Origin: Lama glama
Taxonomy: Eukaryota
Reading direction: 5' to 3'
DNA: 64,000 nt
Assembly: GCA_028534125.1 (NCBI GenBank)
Contig: CM052817.1
Location: 34,598,001 to 34,662,000 of the forward strand
Below the pieces are notes generated by a model. That model was not told the origin of the DNA. It ran no database searches and worked only from the letters and a program-made list of their open reading frames with translations. Made by a program: the position numbers and the translations under genes. Shown in pieces: positions 40,801 through 54,868 of the stretch; positions within the stretch are counted from its first letter, which is position 1, and every line of letters starts with the position of its first letter.

Positions 40801-43499
40801 AAAGGATGAGCACCAGAAATTCCTATGCTGCCAATTTAGTCCAATGATAAAATCTTATATATGCTGATGATAATATTGTGTATAACTGCTAATCTTTAAT
40901 AATTAAAGATTTTAGAAACTTAAAAATAAAGTTGTAAACATATGGTTTATATCTTACTACTTAAATAAAATGTGTTTGACCAAATAAAGCTGCCAGAGCA
41001 TTAATTTTCTTAAGTGGCTGATTAGTAAGCTAGTATGAGTGAGAACTCTCAATTGGTACAAACTTGAGAATTTACATTTGGGCAACTAGATTATAATGTG
41101 GAATAATACTCCCATCTACAGTTTAGTATTTCAGTGGTGTGAAGTTAATCTCAAACTCCTTAAGGAGTTTACAGTCTAACTGGATTACAGTCAACTAAAT
41201 TTTCTTTTAGATGGAATGATAAATTGCAGGGCTACTGTTATATACAATAATGTTAAAAATATTTGCAAAATATGTAAATATACACATACACATAAATAAT
41301 GGATACATTAGTAGTTTCTGCACTTCATTATGTTCAAAAATTATTGAGTATACACTATGGCCAGGCACTTTACGTACTAGGTTTAACTTTACGTACTATG
41401 ATTTAACAAGACAAAGTCCCTACCATTAGAAACTATGGCTTATGTTAGGAACAGAACATTTTCACTTTTATTCTCATAGTATCTATAGAAAAGTACTCAC
41501 TAGTAACATCTCTAGAGAATTTCAAAATGTCAGGGCTTTCAGCAAAAGGTAGAGAGGGACAGAGGGAGCCCTAAAGATGAAGAGATACCCTCTTCTAATC
41601 TATACAAACATATGGCTTGATGACAGTTGAAAGAATAGAAAAAACACTTGTTTCAGGTTGGGTATTGTTCAAATGGTGCGTCATCAGACCCCTGCTGCAT
41701 ACTGTATACTATATTATTAAAGTAATTATTTTAGGGCTGGTAATCTTACTGTGGTACACCTAGGTTTAGTGACAAACACATTTTTAGAACATTTCATTAC
41801 TACTGGATTTTTTTTTATAACATGCATTAATGTTTTAGGACAAAGGCAAACAAGAAAATATCATGGACCTATTTAAAAGTAAAATTTTATACTGTGTCTT
41901 AAAGTCAATAAACAAGTCTCCAATCTCCCACATTTTCAGCAAGCTCCTTATAATTGATTTAAGTATAATCATAAAGCTCTTTAGCCATTACAATGATTTA
42001 AATTACATTCTAAGACAGAAAAGTATCCTAATGTTATTTCTAAAACACTGAATTTTAAAATGTTGAAAATAGTATTTGGAGACCAAGACTTCACAATTAC
42101 TATAAAAATAAATTAGTAACACCATACTCCCTATATCTTCCACCTCACTGGGGATTTATTTTTGGTCCTTCTACTGATTTGATGTTTTCCTCTAAGATAA
42201 ATGTTTAGATTTAATCCCTGTATGTTTAATGTTCTTATTTATGTACAAAATTACTTGAATCATCAAACTACAACATACTGACAGCTTCAGAGTGTCAAAC
42301 TGTAAAAACCAGCTTGACCAGTCTATTTGGGAAAGTGAAAATCAAGTACTGTACACATTCAACAAACAATGTGAACTAGTCTGCCTATATGCTTTCAAGT
42401 GATAGTCTCAAATGACAGTTCAAAACCTCCTTCTCTTTTGCCCTAACCCTTATCTATTGCTCCTCTCACATAGTGAATCTGCAAAAAAGATAAAATATAT
42501 TCTGAAAATAAGTAACCACAGCAATAACCAAAGCAACACGTTATGAATAATATAATACAAATGGTATCCTAAATAATCAATACCTTCATTATATAAGCAG
42601 TAAAACTTTCATATAATTATTTGTCATATGGCCTTGTTATAGCTGTCACTCTTATATTTAAAATGTTCCCTAGAAATTCCAAGAGAAATTGCCTTTGAAA
42701 TATATCATAAGTCTTCAGGGGCTGTAAATACAGGTTTTGATTTTTATCTCCTGACCCTTTTGATGTTTGAAAGATGTTTATTTAGATTAAAATCTGACAG
42801 TGCTCCAAATATTTTGGATGAATCTTTTATTGACTACTGAAATCAAATTAAATATTTTTGTCCATTAAAGATATGTAATAGTAAAATGATTATAAATAAT
42901 AAAAAAAATAAAGTCAAAAAAAAAAGATATGTAATGTATGTCCAAAGTCACAGAGAGCTGCCTGCTATCCTCATTGCTAAGTGGAAGAGAACTGGTGCCT
43001 GAGAAAAAATTGTAATACTTTCAGTATAAATTAATTGTAATAAAATCTAAAATAAACTAGAGTGTTTTTTACTTTATGCAAAGGAATAAAGTTACACTAA
43101 CATTTACTGGATAAGAAGCTATCATGCAAAGACAGTTTATAGGCTGCTTTTGTTTATACATCCTATTAGTTTCGTAGAACATGCATGTTATTGGTGTAAT
43201 ACATGCACATGGTTTTAAAAAAACAACTGCAGTCCTGTTATCAAGAAGCAATCTCTTTCACCTATTTTTTATAGTTTTCATATTTATCTCCACAATTATA
43301 GATAACATGCCTATGTATTTTCTGATTAGCTTCAGAGATGAGTACCACCAAACCACTCAAACAACAACCCAGCCTCCATATAAATTAAGGTGACTGGCTC
43401 CTTATTCTACTGTGTAGAAGAAAAGGTGAACACATTCTGGCACAACATACTTGGTAATGCTTGTTATTTTGTTTTTTTAATGCACATGTCTGGCATTCA

Positions 43500-44780
43500 A
43501 TCAAAAATTACAAGACATAAACAAAAACAGCCAACTTGACCTAATTGACATTTATAGGGCACCCCATCCAACAACAGAATACACATTATTTTCAACTGCT
43601 CATGAAGCATTTACCAAAATCCCATATTCTGGGTTATAAAGCAAATCTCAATAAATTTAAAAGGATTTGTCATAAATGTATGTTTTCATCACAATGGAAT
43701 TAACTTAGCAGACAGATCTCCTGAAAATCCTCAAATATTTGGAAACTAAATAATACACTTCTTAATAATCTGTAGGCCAAACAAGACATCAAAAAAGAAA
43801 TTATAAAGTATTTTGAACTAGATGAAAATAAAAAATGTATATATCAGAATTTGTAAGCAATATTTAGAGGAAAATTTATAGCACACATATATTAGGAGAA
43901 AAAGGTCACAAATTAATGATCTCACCTTCTACCTTAAGAAACCAGAAAAAGAAAACAAACTAAAACCAAAGTAAGTTAATGAAAGGAATTAATAAAGATC
44001 AGAGCAGAAATAAGAAAATAAAACACAGGAAAACTAGAGGAAATTGGTTAAAACAGAAGCCAATTCTTTGAGAATCTTAATAAAATCAATAAATCTCAAG
44101 CCAGATTGATAAGGAAAATGAAGACACAAATTACCAGTATCAGGAATGATACCAAATCTCTGCATATTATACAGATATGAGACTCATGATATATTCTATA
44201 GCTATTTAAAGGATAAAAGATTATAAATATCATAAATTACTAATAAATTCAACAATTTAGATGAAATGGACAATTCCTTGAGAAATTTAGCAAATATGTG
44301 AAGAGACAGACCCATACAACTACAGGAAGAACCACCAATAGAAAAACAATGTAAGCAAACCAATGGACGATGCAGATGTTGTAATTAATAGACAAGCACT
44401 TAAATAATTATAATCAATTAGTTCAAGAGAGTTGGAGTCTATTAAAAAACCCATAAAATAGGATCAAATGGATGTTCCAGAACTCAAAAGTTACAATGTA
44501 AAATGAAGAGCACAATAGACTGGCTTGGAGAAAAAAGAAGACAGTTTTTGGTGTACTGTAAGATAGGTCATTAGAAGATACTCAAAGTAAAGTATAGCAA
44601 GAGAAAAAAAAATTTAAGAGACATGTGAAACATGCTGACAGGGTGTAACAAATGTTTAAATTAGAATCCAAAAAGGAAGAGAGAGCAGAGGCAATAATTG
44701 AAGAGATAATGAGAGAGAACTTTCCAAAACTAGAAGGCATTAAGGTACAGATTCAGAAAGCTCTATGACTATAAAGCATA
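43500..44780 (+). mobile_element. Old L1 ORF2 endonuclease and ORF1 fragments
   Basis: ttgacctaattgacatttatag...aacagaatacacattattttcaa and aatttagatgaaatggacaattccttgaga. Confidence 0.7.
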
Positions 44781-47700
44781 CAGAGGAATCACGGAAGGGC
44801 CAACTGTAAATGGATTTTTGACATTTTCAGCAGCAAAGAGGGTCAATGCCCCTAACCCCCTTGTTACTCACGGGTCAACTGAAAACATCAAAGGTAAAGA
44901 CTAAGACTAGATAAAAATGAAAATCTGAATTTATAAGCAAGGACATCCAGAAAACATGATGAAGAAAAAAAAAGTAGTTTATAAAACTGCATATATTCCA
45001 CTTGTTATAAAACTGTAACATGTACACACACACACTCACACACACCAAATGCCTTAGAAAATATTGAAAAAAATATTAAAGAGCTTTATCCCCCAGATTT
45101 TGGGTGATTTTTCTCATCATAGATCTTCTTTGTAGTTTTTGGTACTTTTAACTCTTTTCCAAGGAGCAAGATTCATTTTTATATAAACCACAAAACTATT
45201 TTCAAAAGAAAAAAATCAAATTGCAAATGTGAATAATGATCAGCCCCAACAAAGTAAGAGACAACAGAAAATAGAAGAATCCGATCAAGTCTAAAAAAAG
45301 GCTAATGTAAACTTGTTTCACACAATAAACTCTCCTGGTGAAACAGACATTTATAATTACAAATATACAATATTATCACAATTTGTGATGGAGACAAAAA
45401 TTATCAGGTAAGAACTGCAAATAGCTTGTTCCATTAACTAATGTTTCTCTCATTTCTCTTCTTGTTTCTAATAAAAATTTATGAAGTTTCAATAGAACTA
45501 TCTAAGTTAAAGTTGTAAAATAAAATCAGTTCTAACATTTTTCATTTTAATTTGTGGGGTTTTTCCTAAATAACTTCTAATATTATTTCAACTAAAATGT
45601 AAGTGTCAACATAGAAGAAAACCAGTCAGCAGTTTTTCAAAACTGTACATGGCAAAGGAATTTCAAAGAATTACTCAATACCATGTTATCTTGGTAACAT
45701 TTTCTAATAACTTTTTCTCTGTTGTAAGTCATATAAAAAGGTTAAGTACTCCCAAACTCTCTATATAAATACAAAACTTCCTTTTTTCATAACAAAAGAA
45801 AAAAGTAAAAGGCAATTACCATCAAAAGAACAGTCATCGAAACTTGAGAAAACGTTAACTTTCAAAAACAGACAAGAGAAGGCACATTAAAACTACTGCA
45901 TACAACTTTAAGATCGTATCTATTTCTCCTGAAAATAGTTTAACATAATAGCTTTTCTCCCCTATTTACATTGGAGGATAAAAGATATCTAGGAGTAGAA
46001 TAAAATGTCACCGAAGCCCTATAAAAAAGTAATGTCAATTTTTTTGGGTGAAAGGATTCTTTCTTGGTATTTAGATTTTCCTTTTAAGGAAGTTTTTGAA
46101 GCAATCAAACTCTCTGTTCCACTGTAAAAAGAAAAAAAAACAAAAACAACAAAAAAACACTATAGCTCAAATTTTAACTGAGTGTGTGCAGACTGCTTCA
46201 TAGACTCCCACACTACTTAGAAGGCTTGTTCAAGAGCATTGCTATTCAAATAATTTATGCTCTTGAAATGTAAAGTTACTTTAATACAATTCAAAGTTAA
46301 ACCTACCTTAGAAAGAAAATATATCAGTATAAAACTCTTGGATTCTTCATTGCTATGGATCATTACTAGGTAATTTATCACCATATTTTTCAACAGGAAG
46401 CACAAAATTTCTGTTTAATCTGGACATTAATACAAATTCAGTGTGATTCTACTTGAATTCTAATTATTCTAAAGACTATCCTACTGAAATTTTTTTCAGG
46501 TATCAACTCTACCTGATTCCTAATGCTGTCACTTCTAAATGACACCATTATTTATAATTTTAAAAACTGAAAACGTGTGTCCAACAGAAAAAGATCAGTA
46601 AGGAAACTGTTACACAAACATAGATGAAAATACTACATAGCTATTAAAAAATGTAGAAAAATACTGACATAAAAATGTTCAAGATTCACTGTTAAGTGAA
46701 TAGAATAGTTTGCACTACAGAAGATGTATTATGAGCCCATTCTGTAAACATCATGTATCTGTAAGTGTACATATACTTACATAATGGCCAAAAAAAAAAT
46801 GCAGGGAGAAGACATTCTAGAAGATTAACAATGGCATCTTGTGGTTGTGGGAATCCCAGTGACAATCTAATGATTTAATTCATGCTCTTTGTGTTTTCCC
46901 AAGTTCTCTACATTAGGGATACAATACTTTTATACCTGGGAGGAAAGAAATTAAGAAAGAAACTATATTACAGCCACAAATGATAAATTCTTAGGTAGGT
47001 ATATATGGTTTAACCCTCTTTGGTGCAACACCCATTTCTGTTTTATTTTTTAAATGCAAAACCTTGAACATGAATCAATCTGTATTTTCATTTTCTACTA
47101 CTTTTCTGGGTAAAAATTAAAAATTTAAGTATCTGATTAAATGTGAACTATGAAAAAGATAGGAATTTTTGTCTTACTATTGAATCTTATTAATGTAAAA
47201 ATGAAAACAAAAGATTTCTGAAAAACAAAAAGCAAGTCACATTCTAAACAATACCCTATAAAAGTAAAAAAAAAATTTCATAAAATTTTTTTGTACAAGT
47301 GATTCCTTTCTGTAGACTTCTACGACTTAAAACAATAAGCAGAACTACATCTTTGAGAAACACACACCTAAAACAGTAACTCAGAGTTGATACTATACTC
47401 ACTAGGATAAGTTCAGGTAATTTAACATTTGCAAAATCAAAAACATGGAGAAAAACAAGAATCTCTTACCCACCTAATTCACAGAAGTTACAGCTAACAG
47501 CTATAAAAATGACTAACAAATGGTTGTAAAGCCATTATAATAATTACAGTCAATTAGTAAGAATTAAATTGCTCTGGCACTTGAAAGTATTCTATAATTC
47601 ATACAACTCCACCTAGAAGTTTAGGTTCAGAAAACGAGAAAATGCAATGTCCACTGGTACAATATCTACAAAAAAACCTGCACTTTAAAAATTTTTTTAC

Positions 47701-50700
47701 TTTATGCATCTGCAAAGAAGTGAAAGGAAACATAAACAATAAAGGGTAGTTTTGTTGTAATGTGGAACTTTGATTCTTCACCACAGTTTGCTTTCACAGT
47801 TTAAAATATTTACAGCAAATAAATATTTTATTTGACACAGTATCAGAAGTAAAAATGTGGGGGAGAGGGTACATTAAATATGTGCTTTGAGGAAAAAATA
47901 ATTTACTTTCAATACTACCACTGCCTGACATATTAGATGGTAGACAATAGTTAACTGGCAGAATTAAATTTCCTAATATTTCTAAAATCCTGAAATCTAA
48001 GACAGGCTGTATTATAATTATCAAATAAAAGATTATACAGCGTTTTCCAGTGGGATAAAGTAAAAAACAAACAAAAATAAACAACTATCAATTAGTGTCA
48101 TAAATGCTTGCTATGAGGACACAACTTCTTACTTTCTTACCCCTTAAGAGCTAAGAGTTGAGTTTTCTAAATTTGTTCCACCCTTTCTTAACTATTTAAA
48201 GTGCTGAGATACCTACTCTCCCTCCAAACCCCATGCTCCCAAAAACAGAAAGCTGGAAAGTTTCATCCTTACAAATTTTATGTATATTTTCTGGAATCTA
48301 TCATTTCCTATCTTGTGTTACAATCTTTACTCACATATTCTTTTAACCATCCTAGATTTCAAACCCACTGAGGGCAGGGTCAATTGTACTGAATCTATGT
48401 ATCTCACATAGCTTAGTAAAGAGTCTTGACGAATACTCAACTTTCTGCAGACTCTTATCACCTAAAAAGATTAAGTCTTGGTAATTATTTGTAACTTGGT
48501 TAAAAAATAAAAATAAAAACAAACAACAACAACAAAAAACTCTAGAACTCTTAGAAAGGTAGTGTTCTGTCTGCAGGAGGCGATGGGGGTAGATGGGGGT
48601 GTGCATACTACTTGTTTTCTGTCAGTAAAGCACAAACCAGACAAAAACACCTCCCATTCCCCCTTCAAAGGCTAGATTCTATCCCAAGTCAATCAATGTC
48701 TCTTAAGGACAGAGCCTACCTAAGTTCCTTTCAGAGGACCTGGAGAGGCTGATGCAATCTAAGAGGCTTCCTAGTGGTCTGCATGTACAGAAGAATAAAA
48801 TCAAAGTTTCACCTGTGTGCTACTGAACAAGTCAAAACTCAAAGAAAAACCTAGAATGAGGACCTCAAAGAGCCCTATAAAAGCCATAGACTCCAAGTCT
48901 TAGAGCTGATGTCAATCTACACCAGATACAGTTCATGCCAGTAAGACCTCACTACAAACTGTGTAAATGTACCCCAAACCAAGTGTCCCCTACAAGGGAA
49001 AATACGAGAATGTTCTAAGATGTATACCAGATGTAAAACTTTTTGACATACTCCAGGTCATCTGCCTGTCCTGTGGGTGGTGTAAGAGCCTACAGCAGAG
49101 GCATAATAACAAAGCAGACAATCAATCATGACAATTCAGTTTTCAAAATTGAAAGTCTACGTTTGTAAATAACCAGAAAAAGAACTAGAAGGTTATAAAA
49201 CGTTAACAGTACTTGTCTCTGGGGAGAGATGTGAGATAGAAGTGGAAGCATGCAAAGGGCATTTTCACTTATTCTATATACATTGTATTAATTTTTCATG
49301 GACATTGATTCACTTCTATAATTTTAAAAGCAAAACTGTAAGTAAAATTTTGAAATGTGATTTTTTTTTCAAAAAGACTGAACAGACCCATATGGAATTC
49401 AAATAAAAAATAAATGCCATCTGCAGAAGTTTGGCTACTAGAGATCTACAGATCAAACAGAAATTACACAAATATTCTATCCTGCAAAATAAAAAGAAAT
49501 GCTGGTAACATAACAAAAATGGCCACAGCAACTGTCACACACTACTCAACACTGACTACTTTGATTATATAATATTAGCCACCAGAAGGATTCTGAGCAC
49601 CCTCCCCTTAAAATTATATACTATTTTCAGCAATCTATAAGTCATTAAAAAAACTGTAGCTCTTTGGACCAACAGAACACTGCCTCTCAGTTTTAATTCT
49701 TCATAAGCAGTACTCTCTCTATACATACACACACACACATATAAATTTACATATCGCTGAGGGTCCTGTCTTGAGAAAAGCATATCCCAATATGAAAAGC
49801 AAACTACCTGGACAACCAATTCTACTTTCATTTTAATGGAATGTTCATATTCTCCAGCTGCTTGTCATGACAATTTTGGGGTTAAAAAAGGTAAAAGTAA
49901 AATTTTCTACAACTATGACTCCTGAAAGAAAAGGAAGAGAGGACAAACTATGCTATGAAAACAGCATAATCCAGCCACAATGCCAAATGTAAATAATATA
50001 CTGTTTTAGCAAAGCAAAATATGACTAAATGTCCTTAAAAGTTAAATTTGTCTGTGACTTCAGCATCTTAAAAACCGAAGTATAGATAGCCAAACTTAAC
50101 CTAAACTTTCTTTCAATTTTAGTTCATTTTCCTAAAAAATATTTTTAAAAATCATATTGAAAATGGTCAAAATCAGCATAAATTAGGGAAGAGACAAAAG
50201 CATCAGACAAAAACTACATAGCAAATTATTTTGGCGAGGAGGATTCTTGCTTAATCTAGTCTATGAATCCATAATATAGTTACAAATATTTTAAAATACA
50301 AAGACATACACAGTGTACATGTCATTTCCCACCCTCCCCTCCCCAGGCCACTTACTTCTTCTTCTCCCCTACTCTTATTAGTTTTCCAGTATCCTCCCAG
50401 TGTTTCTTTACACTTAGAAAAGCAAACACAGGCTTGTATTCTTACTCCACACCTGCCCCCTTAACACACAAAGGAGCACACCGTTCTACGTCTTGTTTTT
50501 TTCACTTTTATTACATATTCCGGAGATCTTCCCATGTCAGTACGCAGAAAGCTTCCTCATTCTTTTTTTTATAGCTGATCACGACTAGTTCTACCACAAC
50601 TTCCATCTATCTTCTTCAGGCCTACCTTTAATGACATTCTATTCAGTCAACTACTAACACCTGAGTTAGTTTCTCCCCCATCCCAACAAGGTCTTAAAAC

Positions 50701-51068
50701 AGAGAAAGCAACACACTGTCTTAATTACATCCTTTTTAGAACGTTTGTTTTTCAGCCAAGTAGAAGAGGAAAAACGCTGCAAAATTTTCTCCTCTTACCA
50801 CTTAAAATGAAATAAAAATCACTACAAATTAGGACGCAGTCTTCAAATGAAATTACCTTTTTTTGATTCAGGGGATCAACGTAATAACCAAATCAACACT
50901 GACTGTAAAAGTTCTTTACTTCTTGTGCTTTTCTTTCACTGTAAAAAAAAAACATTGATTAAAAAAAAAAGTTAGAAAGCCTTTAAGTCGTATAGCGGGC
51001 ATTCTAATAAGAAACCGCCACCTGATTCAATCTTTCACCTGCCAGGTCAGAGGCCAAGGCTTCTTTAC

Positions 51069-51300
51069 CTTTCAGGATTCTGCTATTACCAACAGGACGA
51101 CTTCTACACCAGCGAAAACACACTCAAGAATGTACGCTCTGCGACGCTACGTGCTGGAAATTACACTCCAGGGGCCAGAGCGCCAGGACCAGCTACAGAC
51201 CCCGGCTTCTTAAACGGAAAGGGATCCATAAGCCAGCCGCGGCGGTGACAGCGAGTGGGCAGGCGCGGGTGGATGAAGGTTAGAAAGACCCGGCGCCCCG
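51069..51300 (-). other. CLOCK: Possible alternative CLOCK first exon 1b (only the donor end is defined)
   Basis: Donor GAATCCTGAAAG|GTAAAG at the downstream edge of the CpG island. The 5' boundary is not determinable from sequence. Confidence 0.45.
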
Positions 51301-51545
51301 CGAGGAGCCCTCGAAACCCCGCAGTTGCCCGAGTCGGACGCGCCGAGCCGCGCGCTCCCCGGGAACCGAGACCCGGAACCGCGACCACTAACGGGACGAG
51401 CCCACCGGCGGCGGCGACCGCCGCACGGACTGCGGACCTCCGCGCGCGGGCCGGGCGTCGGGAGGGCGGGGGTTCCCCGGAGGAGCTGGCCGCCCCGGCG
51501 CCCCATTGGGCGCCGCTCCAAACGTGCCCGAGTTGTGACAGGAAT

Positions 51546-51556
51546 AAAGTGGGTCA
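51546..51556 (+). promoter_or_regulatory. RORE/RevRE (ROR / REV-ERB element) AAAGTGGGTCA
   Basis: Exact match to WAWNTRGGTCA, about 770 nt downstream of the inferred exon 1a start. Confidence 0.8.
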
Positions 51557-52121
51557 CAAGGCCTAGCGGGTCCCCAGCGAAAGCCCTCTCTACACCGGGT
51601 TTCGGGCTTTCCCCGCCGCTCTGCGGCTCGAATTGGACCCTGCCCCTGGGTGCGCTCCGGCCACCCGGCGCCGCCGGGCACCCCAATCCCGCCCCTGGCC
51701 CGCAGGTAACCCCGGCGGTCCAGGAGGGCCCCGCCACCGGGGCGGGCCTCCGCCCCAACTCCCGAGAAAAGACACATTAGGGCGACAGGCAAAACTTGCG
51801 CTGCAGCGCCCACCTGCCCCTCCCCTGGCCGCCGCCCCCTGGCCCCACACACGCCGCCCCCTCCCCACTCCCGCCCCTTCCCCGCGCCCTCACCGTGTGG
51901 CTTGCAGTGGCTCCGGCTTCTTCCTTCCCCCACCCCCGTGTCTACCTGAGGTGACTCGGAACTAACAGCCCAGCTGCGTCCAGGAGACGCCGAGGCTCCC
52001 AGCACGAGCAGCACCTGGGGCTGAGTGGCGCCCCCCACCCACCCCAAAAAAATTCACCGCTACGGCCGCCCGCTCCTCCTCCCCCTCCCTTCCCTTCCCC
52101 TCCTCCACCGGCACAGGAAGC

Positions 52122-52406
52122 ACGCATGCGCCGCCCAGACGAGCCTACCGGCGGACGCCAGGCCCCGAGCCCACCCGGTGGGGCGCCACTCACCGGGAGC
52201 GCGCACGCGTCAGCGGCCAGATTTTCTTCGCGCTCTTGCTCTCGGGGGTTTCCTTTTATAAGCCGGTAGCCGCAAGCCGCGTCTGTGATTGCGCTCCCTC
52301 CCGACGCATGCGTCGTCAGTGATCCCCGCGGACTCCGACGGCCGGCGCTCTGCGTTCGCCCCTCCCTTCACTCTCCCTTTCCCCGGCGCGTCTCGGTGCG
52401 CATGCG
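52122..52406. promoter_or_regulatory. Cluster of three NRF1-type CGCATGCG motifs
   Basis: ACGCATGCGC 52122-52131, CGACGCATGCGTCG 52302-52315, TGCGCATGCG 52397-52406. Confidence 0.65.
52194..52320 (-). other. CLOCK: CLOCK non-coding exon 1a (5' end approximate)
   Basis: Minus strand ...AAAAGGAAACCCCCGAGAGCAAGAGCGCGAAGAAAATCTGGCCGC...CTCCCG|GTGAGT. Strong donor; resembles the recalled human CLOCK first exon. Confidence 0.8.
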
Positions 52407-54039
52407 GCTTGCCCCGTTAGGTGGCGCGGAGCTGCGGAGGGGATCCCGGGCGCTGAAGACTCCGACTCCCTTGGCCGCGCGTGTGCGAGCTCCGACGCCG
52501 CCGCCGGGCGCAGAGGGAAGCCGCGAACTCCCTGGCGCCCCCTTCCCCGCACGGGTTACTGGAAAGCCGGGGAGCCGGGGAGCCGAGGCCTGGTCTAGGA
52601 GGGAGCGGCGGGTCCGGGGAGCGTTAGCGTTAGGTAGGGGCGGCTTTGGCTTTCTCACCCTGGATGCAGGGATCGAGGAGGAGGAAGAAGAGTTCTTACA
52701 TGAGGGATCCAGAAGTCAAAAAGGGGGCCATCTCTCCCTTGAAAAGCGGATTACTTTGCCGACGCCAGGAAAAGAAAATTTTTCTTTCAACGTCACTTGC
52801 GTTTCCTCTCCAGGGACTCGAAGAGGGGATTTTCGAAGGAGCCTGGACCGCCAGAGCTATCCTTTCCCCTCTCCTGTAGATGCACTGTTTGGGTCGCTTC
52901 TTACTGGAGGGTGGGCCTGGGGAGACAGGACGAGCGCCCTTGGCAGGAGTAGGGAGGCAAAAGAAGGTCCGGATGTGCCCATTTGGAGTTTCTCACCTGG
53001 CCTTTAAGGAAGTATGAAGAAGGATGGATGAAGCAGTGGGGTTACACCAGGACCCTAATTTGCACCGCTTCCCTTGTTAGAAAAACGTGACTGCCTCCCA
53101 CTTGTCTTAGGGAGAACTTACTGTCCTTGATGTGATGACACCCTTGGTCCACATAGGAAGACACATTAAGTAGCTGAAAATTACTGGAAAAGAGGTCTTT
53201 ACACTCCTAAAATTCCTAGTTTTCATATTTTAATGAATGTACTTTGGATTTGAAATAGAAGCCATTTTCTTGTTTCAAAAAATAAAACTTTTGGCTATAA
53301 AATCCTTCAGGCTAACATTCATCTCAATAAACATTTCAAATTCTAGCTGTGTGCTCAAGAGAAAAAGAACATCAAAATTGAGAAACTTACTCAGATCATT
53401 CACCTGCGGATTTTTCTGTCGAGAGTGGGAAAGCATGATTTGCTAACTTACTCCATTATACAGCAGACAAGATTTTAGTAGACATATTTTCCTGCTTAGC
53501 TTTTATTCCCTATTCTGATAATTTCCTTTGAAGTGCTATCCTTTCTTCACTCTCAGTCCCTATGGCTGGGGCAGGACTCTAGGGGAAAACATATTTGAGT
53601 TAATCCTCTGCCTTTGGCCATAACTTAACCAAGAAGGGTGCTCACTCTTTTCCAATGAATTTAAGTCTGAAAAAATGGAGGCCTAAAGCTATCTTCCTAC
53701 TTAATAGATTCTGAGAAAGAAGGCAGTGTGAAAAAAAAAAGAAAAAAGGCAGATTCAAAATAGAGATGTGGCCTGAGGCATGTTTGATGCCCTGAATCCA
53801 ACGAGAACTAGATAATTACAGAAATGTCAGCTAAATTGGTCAATAAATCCTTTCATGTGTTTATTTTATTGCTAAAACAAATGAGAGGTTTTCTGTCACT
53901 TGTGATGGTAACAACATACTGGTAGCAAGAGAGGAGGCAAGATTAATAATACCGATAAAGTAGGTTGCAGTCAGACAAGAGGGTTTAAATGCTTTTCCCA
54001 GGTTGTGGCCGTTTGGATTTTATTCTAGAGAAGGTGATC

Positions 54040-54868
54040 CCTCTTATTCTCCATCATCTAGAACACATATCTTCAAAAATACCTTTGCCCTTTTTAATGA
54101 TTCCACTGTCCTCTTAGTCACTAGGAACAAATTATGTTCATCTTTGACTCCCTCCTCTCTCACTTTCTGTATTTAATCATTTACCAAGACCTGTTGATAC
54201 TCCCGTTTTTCTGCTCAGTCTTCTGCCACTGCTTGAGCATTTCTCATGGCTCAGTTCACAACTTCCCTTTCTCCCCATATCTCTCCAAGAAGAAAACTGT
54301 ATCAGATATTTTTGATAACTTTTCCAACTACGAGATTGCACTTCTCCCTAAAACAAAAATCCTGCCTCATAGTTTCATAGACCCTAAGTTTGTCCCCTAG
54401 CCTAATCATGGTCATAATACCCTGTTTGATCTGGCCTCTGCTACCTCTCTAACCTCATGTCCTACCATTTTCTGTTTTTCATAACACTTCCACCCAGAAA
54501 CTTCCTTCAATTCCTTGCTAATCTCTCTGTATTCTCAGGCTTTGGCACATGGTGTGCCCTTGAATTGGACCACCCTCCTACCTTTTCTCATGGCTGACTC
54601 CTCCTCAATCTTGTCTCAAAGTTCTAACTATCCTATTTAGGAGGTCTCCCTTATAACTCTCACATGCCCCCCTCCCAGTACCCACAGTTATTCTCTATTA
54701 GTGCACTCACTATTTTTTTTTTGATATTTGTTTTCTTATCTATTAACTATCTTCCCCACCACCACCATCACATGGTAAATTCCAGGAGGCAAGAACCATG
54801 TGTTGTGTTCACCCCTGCATATGCAGAATCCATTTCAGTACTTGAATTAAACTGAATGAATGAATGAC
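54040..54868 (+). mobile_element. L2 3' end
   Basis: Pyrimidine-rich L2 body ending in tgaatgaatgaatga. Confidence 0.7.

Larger units (their letters stand above)
51130..52800. promoter_or_regulatory. CLOCK: CpG island / CLOCK promoter
   Basis: Abrupt GC- and CpG-rich segment in AT-rich surroundings, with GC boxes, CCAAT motifs, NRF1 motifs and a RORE. Position downstream of PDCL2 matches the known CLOCK-PDCL2 gene order. Confidence 0.93.

Noticed and set aside
41366..41408. Short tandem duplication actttacgtacta
   Set aside because: Ordinary local slippage inside an L2-like remnant.
51161..53007. Many overlapping 75-240 aa ORFs, including 52285-53007 and 51388-52047
   Set aside because: Pro/Arg/Gly/Ala-rich frames on both strands, expected from stop-codon depletion in a CpG island; no recognisable domain.
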